Assembly (NCBI GenBank): GCA_037133215.1
Contig: JBAXOM010000003.1
Coordinates: 1-41,479, forward strand
DNA from: Thermoleophilia bacterium
GTDB lineage: Bacteria; Actinomycetota; Thermoleophilia; Gaiellales; F1-60-MAGs149
Direction: 5' to 3'
Length of the DNA stretch: 41,479 nucleotides
The translations under genes were made by a program, and so were the position numbers. Positions 10,060-19,476 of this stretch are shown here, one piece after another. Under the pieces are notes generated by a model. It saw nothing but the letters and a program-made list of their open reading frames with translations, was not told the DNA's origin and searched no databases. How positions within the stretch are numbered: the first letter of the stretch is position 1; each line of letters opens with the position of its first letter.

Positions 10060-10842
10060 ATGGCGCGCGTGATTGCAATCGACTGGTCTGGGGCCGCTGT
10101 CGGCGCGGAGCGCCGGATCTGGATTGGCGAGGCCCTCGACGGCGAACTCCTGATGCTCGAGGATGGCCGTTCGCGTGAGCAGGTTGTCGACTGGCTCATC
10201 GAGCGTCGCGCGGAGGTGCCCGAGGCAATCGTGGGGGTCGACTTCGCGTTCTCGTATCCGAGCTGGTTTCTCGACGCCCAGCACTGCAGCACGATCGACA
10301 CGCTGTGGGAGCTCGTGAGCGAGCAGGGCGAGGAGTGGCTCGCAACCTCCCCCGCGCCCTTTTGGGGCCGCCCGGGCCAGCGTCGTGGCGACGAGGTGCA
10401 GCTGCGCGCCTGCGAGGAGGGCTGGAACGTGCGGGGCATCGTGCCGAAAAGCGTGTTTCAGATCGGTGGTGCGGGAGCGGTTGGTACCGGCACGATTCGT
10501 GGCATCCCCCTGCTCTCTCGTCTGCGCGACAGTGGCTGGGCGATCTGGCCGTTTGATCCACCAGCGCCCCACCTCGTCGCCGAAATCTGGCCCCGCCTTC
10601 TTACCGGCCCGGTCGCAAAGTCGTCGCCGATCGAGCGTCGCGCCTGGCTCGACGCGCACGCCACGTTGCCCGCTCCGATGACCAACCGTGCGGCCTCGAG
10701 CGAAGACGCCTTCGATGCCGCCGCGAGTGCGCTCGTGCTCTCTCGTTGCAACGACCTCGCGGCGACGTTTGCCGCTCCACTCGTTGGTGATCCACGCGAG
10801 GGGTCGATGCTCGTCCCGGACAGCCTCCGACAAAACTCCTGA
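10060..10842 (+). CDS. DUF429-like predicted nuclease (RNase H-like fold)
   Basis: From ATG 10060: IAIDWSGA, VGVDFAFSYP, LRACE, WAIWPF, VAEIWP, DAFDA. The acidic residue pattern resembles the DUF429 family (recognised from memory). Confidence 0.65.
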   Translation: MARVIAIDWSGAAVGAERRIWIGEALDGELLMLEDGRSREQVVDWLIERRAEVPEAIVGVDFAFSYPSWFLDAQHCSTIDTLWELVSEQGEEWLATSPAPFWGRPGQRRGDEVQLRACEEGWNVRGIVPKSVFQIGGAGAVGTGTIRGIPLLSRLRDSGWAIWPFDPPAPHLVAEIWPRLLTGPVAKSSPIERRAWLDAHATLPAPMTNRAASSEDAFDAAASALVLSRCNDLAATFAAPLVGDPREGSMLVPDSLRQNS

Positions 10843-10859
10843 TCTGGCAGTCTTCGGGG

Positions 10860-10997
10860 ATGGAAATCGGTGAAGAAGAGGAGCGCATCGTCGTCGAGCC
10901 GATCCATCCCCCTGTGCCCGAGCGGGCCCCGACGCCCGAGCCAGAGCGCGTGCCCGAACCGGCACCGACGCCCGAGCCGGAACCTATTCCGGCATGA
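10860..10997 (+). CDS. Small acidic Pro/Glu-rich peptide, 45 aa (unannotated)
   Basis: MEIGEEEERIVVEPIHPPVPERAPTPEPERVPEPAPTPEPEPIPA*. -10-like CAGTCT 6 nt before ATG; stop overlaps the next start (ATGA at 10994-10997); fills the intergenic gap exactly. Confidence 0.75.
   Translation: MEIGEEEERIVVEPIHPPVPERAPTPEPERVPEPAPTPEPEPIPA
10914..10985 (+). repeat. Imperfect 36-bp tandem repeat (2 copies) inside the small peptide gene
   Basis: GTGCCCGAGCGGGCCCCGACGCCCGAGCCAGAGCGC / GTGCCCGAACCGGCACCGACGCCCGAGCCGGAACCT, encoding VPERAPTPEPER / VPEPAPTPEPEP. Confidence 0.8.
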
Positions 10998-11683
10998 CAC
11001 CTTCCGGATTTGTCGTTCCGGATCTGATCGACCCGATCCTCGGCTATCGCTCGTGGACGATTCGTGTCCACCCCTCCGGTGAGCCCCGCCTCTGCTCGCC
11101 CTACCGTCGCTCGACGTGGCAGCCGCACGAGGTCCACGTCGCCACCTGTGGGTCAACAAACTGGACGTCACCGATTGGGATTCGACCGACCCCGCGCGCG
11201 GCACCAGGCCATGAGGTGCCCGCCGCTGGGTGCACCTGTGGTGTCCACGCGTGGCGTTCGCGCAGCGCGGCGCTGCTCGACGCAGCCGACACCCGCGGCT
11301 TGCGCGCTGTCAGCGGGGAGATCGCCCTCTGGGGCGGCGTCCTCAAGCACACACGAGGTTGGCGTGGAGCGTTTGCCTACCCGCAGGACCTGACGGTGCA
11401 TGCCGCGACGACGGATGGCCTCTGCTTCGTCTTTACGTGGGAGTCCGGCCAACTCCGAGCCGTCCCCGCAGAGGAATTGGCGCCCGCCCTGAGCGAGGTC
11501 TACGGCGTGCCCGTACGGATCGATCCAGGCGAAGACCCACTCGGACCACTCCCCCGCTACGCGCCGTCAGCACTCCGGCTCCCCCGCGCGCACCTCGGCA
11601 TTACTGCGGCAGAGGCAGCCCTGCTCTACCCGCAACCATCCCGGCGGCGGCGTCTCGTCGCCTGGTTAACCCACTCGAGTTAG
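10994..11683 (+). CDS. Uncharacterised protein with a putative C-H-C-C metal site
   Basis: 229 aa. PILGYRSW, C52, H73-x-P-x4-C80-x-C82-GVHA, VSGEIALWG, HTRGWR..AYP, YGVPV; translationally coupled to the upstream peptide. Confidence 0.75.
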   Translation: MTPSGFVVPDLIDPILGYRSWTIRVHPSGEPRLCSPYRRSTWQPHEVHVATCGSTNWTSPIGIRPTPRAAPGHEVPAAGCTCGVHAWRSRSAALLDAADTRGLRAVSGEIALWGGVLKHTRGWRGAFAYPQDLTVHAATTDGLCFVFTWESGQLRAVPAEELAPALSEVYGVPVRIDPGEDPLGPLPRYAPSALRLPRAHLGITAAEAALLYPQPSRRRRLVAWLTHSS

Positions 11684-11693
11684 GCCCGGCGGG

Positions 11694-12578
11694 TCAGCCA
11701 AGCACGATCGGGCGCATCGCCGCGATGTGCTCCGGTGTCGAGCCGCAACAGGCGCCAATGACGTCGATGCCGATCTCGCGCATCTCCGTCGCCCACTCGG
11801 CCATCACTTCAGGCGCACCGTCGTAGAGAAACTCATCGCCGACCAGCTTGGGTAGACCAGCATTCGACTGGGTCATCAGAAAGACGCCCTCGGGCCGTGC
11901 CGCGACCATGTCGGCAGCGATAATGCGCATCTCGTCGACGCCACGGCCACAGTTGGCACCAATAATCGGTACGCCCATTGCGGCAATCGCCGTGACGGCC
12001 TGGCCGGGCTTGACGCCCATCATCGTGTGCAAGTTGGTGTCGAACGACATCGTCGCGAGGATCGGCAGACCCGGTGCCTCTCCCTGAGCAGCACGCACAG
12101 CGGCCTCGACTTCGCCCAGATCGCTCATCGTCTCGATCAGAATCGCGTCGGCCCCACCAGCCACGAGACCACGGATCTGGTCGGCGAAGAGCTCTTGCGC
12201 CTCCTCCGGTGTCATCGTGCCCATCGGCTCCATCAGTTCGCCACTCGGACCAACGTCGCCGAGCACGTACGAACCCGGGTGACGATCGGCCACGGTGCGG
12301 GCAACTGCGGCCCCAGCCTTGTTGAGCTCGAACACGCGGTCGCCGAGGTCGTGCATCTCAAGACGCGGTCGCGTGCCACCAAAGGTACAGGTGGTGATCA
12401 GGTTCGAACCAGCCGCCGCGTAGGCCTCGAGGATCGCCTCGATCCGATCGGGGTGCTCGACATTCCACAGTTCTGGTGCACCGCCGTCGGTCAGACCAGC
12501 GTCCTGCAGCATGGTGCCCATCGCACCGTCGCCGAGGATGTGTCCTCCGGACTGCAGGGTCTCAAGCAAGCCACTCAT
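11694..12578 (-). CDS. Stand-alone homocysteine S-methyltransferase domain protein (split MetH / Bmt-like)
   Basis: DGAMGT, PELWN, GDVGPSG, IETMSD, GANCG and GACCG Zn ligands; no pterin- or cobalamin-binding domains. Start ATG 12578 with SD GGAGG. Confidence 0.9.
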   Translation of the reverse strand: MSGLLETLQSGGHILGDGAMGTMLQDAGLTDGGAPELWNVEHPDRIEAILEAYAAAGSNLITTCTFGGTRPRLEMHDLGDRVFELNKAGAAVARTVADRHPGSYVLGDVGPSGELMEPMGTMTPEEAQELFADQIRGLVAGGADAILIETMSDLGEVEAAVRAAQGEAPGLPILATMSFDTNLHTMMGVKPGQAVTAIAAMGVPIIGANCGRGVDEMRIIAADMVAARPEGVFLMTQSNAGLPKLVGDEFLYDGAPEVMAEWATEMREIGIDVIGACCGSTPEHIAAMRPIVLG

Positions 12579-12579
12579 G

Positions 12580-12885
12580 TCAGGCCTCCTGGGCGGGTCC
12601 GAGTTCGTCAAGCAACGCCGCGAGGCGCTCCTCGCTCAACTCGGCTTCAAGTTCGGTTGTCACACGGTCGGCGACCTCAGTCGGCGTGCCCTCACTCGGA
12701 GTCCACTCACCCTTGCGCCAGCCCTCCATGTAGGCGTCGGCATCGGCTGCGCCAACGCGCATGGCAGCCTCGTCGATGGCCTCCTGAAAGCGGTGTGCCA
12801 GCTGGGCTCGGGCGGTCTCGTCGCCCTCGCGCGCGATGACCATCGAGGGGATGTCACGCCAATAGGTGATCTGATATTCGCTCAT
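12580..12885 (-). CDS. 'Virulence factor' family small protein (PF13769-like)
   Basis: MSEYQITYWRDIPSMV...RFQEAIDEAAM...DAYMEGWR motifs; TATAGT 7 nt before ATG 12885. Confidence 0.85.
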   Translation of the reverse strand: MSEYQITYWRDIPSMVIAREGDETARAQLAHRFQEAIDEAAMRVGAADADAYMEGWRKGEWTPSEGTPTEVADRVTTELEAELSEERLAALLDELGPAQEA

Positions 12886-12932
12886 GTTGTGCACTATAGC
12901 ATTCTGCGTTCCGGTGCTGATAGCCTGAGCAT

Positions 12933-13103
12933 ATGCCTCTATGGATGATCATTCTCTTCGTTGCCTGGGTCGTCATTGCCGTGGTGACGACGATCCTCAA
13001 GCGTCCGGTCTACGGTCCTGGCTGTGCGATCCGACAGGGCTCGCGGCTCCTCAACGAGCATCGCGATCGCAAGGCCGCTCAGGCCAGCACTCCGCCACGC
13101 TAG
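12933..13103 (+). CDS. Small single-pass membrane protein, 56 aa (unannotated)
   Basis: [57 protein letters not shown]-terminal hydrophobic helix followed by KR; TAGCCT 6 nt before ATG; stop overlaps the convergent gene's stop (CTAG). Confidence 0.7.
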   Translation: MPLWMIILFVAWVVIAVVTTILKRPVYGPGCAIRQGSRLLNEHRDRKAAQASTPPR

Positions 13104-14818
13104 TCCGCAGCGACGTACGCCAGACCAAGCGCGCCCGGCCCTGCGTGTGTGCCGACCACGGCGCCTAGCGTGAGAATACGCACCGACCGAATCCCACCCC
13201 GGGCGGCCCTCACGAGGCCTTCGAGCTCGCCGGCCCGCTCGAGATCAGCGGCATGGGCAATCGCAACATCAATCAGCGGATAGGGCTCGGACCGACGAAC
13301 AAACTCGGCCACGAGCTCGGGCAGCACACGCGTCTCGCCGCGCACACGCCCGACCGGTACCACCTCTCCATCCTCGATCGCGAGCAGCGGATGGACACCG
13401 AGTAGCGTGCCCACCAACGCCTGCGCGCGACCGATGCGGCCACCGCGCTGCAGGAACTCCAAGGTCGCGACGCTAAAGAGGCAGCCTGACTCTCGACCAA
13501 TCTTGTCGAACAGCACCGGCAGATTGTCCGGGCTCTCACCCGCGTCCAGTGCGGATTGCGCCCGCCCGAGCCCAAGTGCGAGTGGCATCGAGACGAGCCG
13601 ACTATCGATCACCGTCACGCGCCCCGGAAACTCTTGGGCCGCAGTGCAGGCTGAGCCGTAGGTGCCACTGAGACTGCCGGAGATGTGGATCGAGACGACA
13701 TGCTCGTACTGCTCGAGGAGCTCGCGGTAGACGGCGATGAAGGCACCGGGCGCTGGCTGCGAGGTGGTCGGGTGCGTCGACGACGAAGCGAGGCGTCCAT
13801 AAAACTCGGCCGCCGACAGGTCGATGTAGTCACGAAACTCTGTCTCGCCGAAGTGCACCGTCAGCGGCACCATCGTCCAGTCGAGATGCTCCGCCACCGG
13901 CAGATCGGCCGTCGAGTCGTAGACGATTGCCGTCGTACCTCTCTGCTCGTGTCGCGTGCTGCGTGCCGCAATGTCCTCGCGCATGTCTGACGTGACGCAG
14001 TCGGAGACCACACCAAATGCCCCGGCCTCCCTGGTCACGCGGTCAACATCGTCGGCGTGCACGTGCACGCGCATGAGCTCGGCGTCACCGGCAAGCACGA
14101 GCGAGTCGCCCCACGTATCCGCCACAGCACGCAGGCCATCGAGATCGACATTGCGCATGACGAAACCAATGCAGTACTGGTAGCGGCTACTGGGGTCTGC
14201 GACGTGGACTGCGGGACGTGTGACCGCCGGGGGGTGATCCACCACGGGCTCACCAGCCAGGACCCCGGCCAGTCCTTCGAGCAGCGCCACGAGCCCGGCC
14301 GCACCAGCATCGACGACACCGGCCGAGCGGAGTTGCTCGAGCTGATCGGGCGTCTGTGCCAACGCTGCCCGCGCGCCAGCGAGCGCGGTCGTCACACACT
14401 CCTCAAGGGTCTCGCCCTGTGCGGCATCCGCGAGCGCCTGCGCGACGGTCAGCATCGTGCCTTCGACTGGTTCGGGCACAGCGCGGTAGGCGGCTTGTGC
14501 TCCGCTCAGCAGCGCCTGCGGCAACGCCTGCCCCTGACCGAGCTCGCCGGCTGCTGCGCGGATCATGCTGGCGAGGATCGTGCCGCTGTTGCCACGAGCA
14601 CCGAGCAGCGCTGCGTCACCGATCGCACGAGCGGGATCGATCGGATTGCCGCGCAGGCTTTCAACGACGGCGTCGATTGTGTGGAGCAGGTTCGACCCGG
14701 TATCGCCGTCGGCAACGGGAAAGACGTTGATCGCGTTAAGCCGCGCAGACTCGGCTGCGAGCCGCATGCGAGCCCCTAAAGCGAGCTCCAGAAGGGTTGG
14801 CGACGACGTTGTTGGCAC
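13100..14818 (-). CDS. DAK2 (FakA-like)-DegV (FakB-like) fusion, fatty acid kinase
   Basis: N-terminal [36 protein letters not shown]; C-terminal DegV motifs [31 protein letters not shown]. Confidence 0.9.
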   Translation of the reverse strand: MPTTSSPTLLELALGARMRLAAESARLNAINVFPVADGDTGSNLLHTIDAVVESLRGNPIDPARAIGDAALLGARGNSGTILASMIRAAAGELGQGQALPQALLSGAQAAYRAVPEPVEGTMLTVAQALADAAQGETLEECVTTALAGARAALAQTPDQLEQLRSAGVVDAGAAGLVALLEGLAGVLAGEPVVDHPPAVTRPAVHVADPSSRYQYCIGFVMRNVDLDGLRAVADTWGDSLVLAGDAELMRVHVHADDVDRVTREAGAFGVVSDCVTSDMREDIAARSTRHEQRGTTAIVYDSTADLPVAEHLDWTMVPLTVHFGETEFRDYIDLSAAEFYGRLASSSTHPTTSQPAPGAFIAVYRELLEQYEHVVSIHISGSLSGTYGSACTAAQEFPGRVTVIDSRLVSMPLALGLGRAQSALDAGESPDNLPVLFDKIGRESGCLFSVATLEFLQRGGRIGRAQALVGTLLGVHPLLAIEDGEVVPVGRVRGETRVLPELVAEFVRRSEPYPLIDVAIAHAADLERAGELEGLVRAARGGIRSVRILTLGAVVGTHAGPGALGLAYVAAD

Positions 14819-14872
14819 GGTTTAGGACGGGTGCCGTTTGCGGCATCCGTGCGGATCCAGCATACTGCCCCC

Positions 14873-15064
14873 ATGTCGCGCATCTGCAGCTCCTGCGGCC
14901 GAGGGCCGTCCTTCGGTAACAACCGCAGCCATTCCATGATCGCCACGAAGCGTCGCTTCGATGCGAATCTCCAGAAGCTGCGCATTCTCCAGAACGGCGT
15001 TGCCGTTCGCGCGTACGTCTGCACTCGCTGCCTGAAGGCCGGCAAAGTGCAACGCGCCCTCTAA
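14873..15064 (+). CDS. rpmB: 50S ribosomal protein L28 (Cys-containing form)
   Basis: [21 protein letters not shown]...[10 protein letters not shown]...[11 protein letters not shown]; start re-called to ATG 14873. Confidence 0.97.
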   Translation: MSRICSSCGRGPSFGNNRSHSMIATKRRFDANLQKLRILQNGVAVRAYVCTRCLKAGKVQRAL

Positions 15065-15124
15065 GCGAGGGGCCTTCGCGCAGCGGTTCGACCAGTGCGT
15101 AGCGGCGTGCCTGGAATGCCGCGA

Positions 15125-15618
15125 CTAGAGCGCGCGGACTGAGGCCAGGAGGCCGAGCGCAGCGGCGGCTGCCTCGCGACCCTTGTGACCTTCGCTGCCG
15201 CCGATACGATCGACGGCCTGCTGATGCGTCTCCACGGTCAGGACACCGAAGCCCATCGGGACTCCCGTCGCCATCCCGGCGTCGGAGACCCCACGGGCGG
15301 CCTCGCCCGAGACGTACTCGAAGTGCCGGGTATCGCCGCGAATCACGCAAGCAAGGACCACGACAGCGTCAAATCCTGACTCAGCGCAGTACAGCGCCGC
15401 GAGTCCAACTTCGAACGCGCCCGGCACCGGCACAACCACGATGTCGGTCACACCCCGCTCAAGACACTCCGCGACGGCGCCATCGACCAAGGGCTGGACG
15501 ATGTCCGTGTGATACTCAGCCGCCACGATGGCGACCCTCGTAGCCGGATCGAGCGCGACAGGCTCTAAGCGCGTCGCACCAGCGGGCGCAGAGATCGAGC
15601 CAGCGGCGTCGGGCGCCG

Positions 15619-15622
<4 letters not shown>
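15125..15622 (-). CDS. ribH: 6,7-dimethyl-8-ribityllumazine synthase
   Basis: VPGAFE, CVIRGDTRHFEYV, FGVLT, KGREAA; last gene of the rib operon. Confidence 0.95.
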
Positions 15623-16920
<1,298 letters not shown>

Positions 16921-16964
16921 CAAATTCCCTGCTGACGGGTTTTGGTCATGGTAGCGAAGTGGCG

Positions 16965-17573
16965 TCACTTTCCCGCCGTGTCATCACGGTCGGCTGCGAA
17001 CTTCTCTATGTACTTCGCATAAATGTCGGCCTCGAGATTGACGCTATCGCCAATAACGATTGAGCCAAAGGTGGTGACATCGCACGTGTGCGGGATCAAC
17101 CAGATCTCGAAACCGTTCGCCACGACCTGCGAAACCGTGAGGGAGACGCCATTGACGGCGATTGAGCCCTTCTCGACGACGTAGCGCGTAATCGCAGGTG
17201 GCGCGGTGATCGTAATCACCTTGGCGATGCCATCTGCGCGAATACCGGAGACGGTGCCAACCGCGTCGACGTGACCCTGAACAACGTGTCCACCCATGCG
17301 ATCGGTCGGGCGCAACGCAGGCTCAAGGTTGACGGAAGCACCGCTCGAGAGTCCACCCGTGGTGGTGCGCGCGAGCGTCTCCCCCATCGCCTCGAACGCG
17401 ATTCGCTCGGCGCCAAGCTCGACCGCCGTCAGGCAGGTGCCATTGACACTGACCGAGTCGCCCATGCCCACCTCGGGCGCCAATGCGGGCATGCGGATGA
17501 TGATGCGCGCGCCGTTCTCGACCGGCACGACCTCCTCAACTGCTCCAACCTCTTTGACGATGCCTGTAAACAC
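16965..17573 (-). CDS. ribE: Riboflavin synthase
   Basis: Canonical N-terminus (M)FTGIV at GTG 17573; NGTCLT, VNLE, GGHVVQGHVD. Confidence 0.96.
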   Translation of the reverse strand: MFTGIVKEVGAVEEVVPVENGARIIIRMPALAPEVGMGDSVSVNGTCLTAVELGAERIAFEAMGETLARTTTGGLSSGASVNLEPALRPTDRMGGHVVQGHVDAVGTVSGIRADGIAKVITITAPPAITRYVVEKGSIAVNGVSLTVSQVVANGFEIWLIPHTCDVTTFGSIVIGDSVNLEADIYAKYIEKFAADRDDTAGK

Positions 17574-17589
17574 GCGCAACTCCGATTCG

Positions 17590-18705
17590 TCAGCGGGGCT
17601 CTCGTAGCCACGCGTCGATCCATAGATCGTCGCCGATTGTCTCACTCGACCACGCCGCCATACTCATCGCATCAGCCATCTGCACGGCGGACGTGCCCGT
17701 TTCGCCCAGCAGACCAGGTGCGAGCGGATCGCCCAGCAGCTTCGGCGCAATCACCACGATCATGCGATCGAGCAGCCCCGCGCCGTGCAGCGCGCCAGCC
17801 AGCCCAGCGCCACCCTCGCAGAGCACAGACTGAATACCGCGAGCATGCAAGAGCGCTAGCCCCCCGCTGAGGTCTGCCACTTCGACGATCTCGATCCCCG
17901 TCTCGGCGACCGCGTTGCGACGCGCGGTGTCGGCACCTGGCCCACACAACAGAAGCACCGGTCCTTGAGCAACCGTCTGCGCCAACCGCGAGGCAGCGCC
18001 CAGCCGAGCCGAGCGATCCCAGACCACGCGCAGCGGCTGCTGTTCGACCGGTGGCTCGCAGTCTCGGGCGGTCAACTCGGGATCGTCGGTCAGCGCCGTA
18101 CCCGAGCCGACGAGCACCGCTCCGACGCGCGCGCGAAGCTCGTGCACGCGCGCTCGCGCCTCGGTCCCCGAGATCCAGCGACTATCGCCGGTCCGCGTCG
18201 CCGTCCGCCCATCCAGCGTCTGTGCCGCCTTGTACGTGACATGTGGACGACCGAGCGTCATCGCCGAACGAAAGCCAGCGTTCTGGCGCCGTACCGCAAT
18301 CGCGAGCGAATCGTCGTCGTCGACAACGTCGACAGGAATGCCGGCGTCGGCGAGCTGCAGCAACCCCTTGCCGGAAGCGTGTGGCGCTGGATCATTGGAC
18401 AAGACCACGACGCGTCCCACCCCTGCAGCGATCAGCGCATCGGAACACGGTGGCGTGCGGCCGTGGTGCGCGCAGGGTTCGAGCGTGACGTAGACCGTGG
18501 CGTCGCGCGCGCCCTCCTGCGCAACTTCTAGCGCCATTGCCTCAGCATGCGGCGCGCCCGGTCGGACATGCCAACCCTCAGCGACCACCGTGCCGTGCCG
18601 CGCAATCACGCAACCGACGAGCGGATTCGGGGCGACGGTTCGCGCGCCGCGCTCGGCTAACTCCAGCGCACGGGCGAGCAGCAGGCGGTCGGCGTCGTCG
18701 ATCAT
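17590..18705 (-). CDS. ribD: Riboflavin deaminase/reductase RibD
   Basis: PNPLVG, HAE, TLEPCAHHGRTPPC, TLDGR, EGG. Confidence 0.96.
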   Translation of the reverse strand: MIDDADRLLLARALELAERGARTVAPNPLVGCVIARHGTVVAEGWHVRPGAPHAEAMALEVAQEGARDATVYVTLEPCAHHGRTPPCSDALIAAGVGRVVVLSNDPAPHASGKGLLQLADAGIPVDVVDDDDSLAIAVRRQNAGFRSAMTLGRPHVTYKAAQTLDGRTATRTGDSRWISGTEARARVHELRARVGAVLVGSGTALTDDPELTARDCEPPVEQQPLRVVWDRSARLGAASRLAQTVAQGPVLLLCGPGADTARRNAVAETGIEIVEVADLSGGLALLHARGIQSVLCEGGAGLAGALHGAGLLDRMIVVIAPKLLGDPLAPGLLGETGTSAVQMADAMSMAAWSSETIGDDLWIDAWLREPR

Positions 18706-18750
18706 GCCGGAAGCGTACGCGACACGAACAGCGTGCCGGCGTGGTCTCGC

Positions 18751-19452
18751 TTAGGCGATCGTCGCGCCGGCGGCGCGAACCTGCTCGACGAGGTCGAGGT
18801 AGGCCTGGCCCGGATCAGGCTGCTTGTAGATCGCCGAGCCTGCCGTCAGGCGATTCGCGCCGGCCTTGTAGACCTCGACGATCGTTTCCGCGGCGATGCC
18901 GCCGTCAGCCTCGACGCCTGCATCGGGGCGCGCGAGCTTGCGCAATTCCGGCAGCCGATCGGTGGTGGCCTTGATGAACTTCTGACCACCCCAGCCCGGA
19001 CTGACACTCATGCAGAGCAGGTTGCGCGCGTAGCGAGCCGCCTCGGCGACAGCGCTGACCGGTGTCGCTGGATTGAGCGTGACCCCCGGGATCATCCCCG
19101 TCTCTTCCACGATCTGGAGGGCAAGGTGGATGTCGCGTGTCGCCTCGACGTGGATCGTGAACGAGTCGGCGCCCGCCTTGGCGTACTCGGCTGCGAAACG
19201 CTCGGGCTGCTCGACCATCATGTGCACGGCCAGCGAACCACCACGGTCGTGGACGTCGTCGGCCAGTGCCGAGACAACCTCGTGACCAAAGGTGATGACC
19301 GGAACGAAGTGGCCGTCCATGACGTCAACGTGGAACGTGCGTGCACCGGCGTCCATCAGGTCGCGCACCTGTGCGCGGAACGCACCAAAATCGGCCGCCA
19401 AGATCGACGGGCAGACCTGGACCTCTGTGACCCACGCATCGCTACGACTCAT
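18751..19452 (-). CDS. rpe: Ribulose-phosphate 3-epimerase
   Basis: PSILAADF, HVDVMDGHFVP, MSVSPGWGGQKF, DGG, AGS. Confidence 0.96.
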   Translation of the reverse strand: MSRSDAWVTEVQVCPSILAADFGAFRAQVRDLMDAGARTFHVDVMDGHFVPVITFGHEVVSALADDVHDRGGSLAVHMMVEQPERFAAEYAKAGADSFTIHVEATRDIHLALQIVEETGMIPGVTLNPATPVSAVAEAARYARNLLCMSVSPGWGGQKFIKATTDRLPELRKLARPDAGVEADGGIAAETIVEVYKAGANRLTAGSAIYKQPDPGQAYLDLVEQVRAAGATIA

Positions 19453-19476
19453 ACGCGGATCATGGCAGGACAGCCA

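Noticed and set aside
8130-10178. 682-aa plus-strand ORF
   Set aside because: Antisense to recG; no start signals or domain content.
10008-10439. Apparent 140-aa N-terminal extension of RecG
   Set aside because: Overlaps the real divergent DUF429-like gene; a -10 box supports the start at 10007.
10870-11082. 70-aa plus-strand ORF MKKRSASS...
   Set aside because: Alternative frame of the 45-aa peptide gene; overlaps the next gene by about 90 nt and lacks promoter or coupling support.
12580-12885. Reading 'virulence factor' as evidence of pathogenicity
   Set aside because: It is a historical family name; the context points to methionine/C1 metabolism.
10060-13103. Possible prophage or IS origin of the accessory block
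   Set aside because: No integrase, transposase, terminal inverted repeats or target-site duplication found by eye.
12941-13168. 75-aa plus-strand ORF MDDHSLRC...
   Set aside because: Wrong frame; runs into the fak gene. The 12933-13103 frame has the -10 spacing and a TM helix.
15065-15124. Short hairpin after rpmB (GCGAGGG/CCTTCGC)
   Set aside because: Weak stem with no U tract; not enough to call a terminator.
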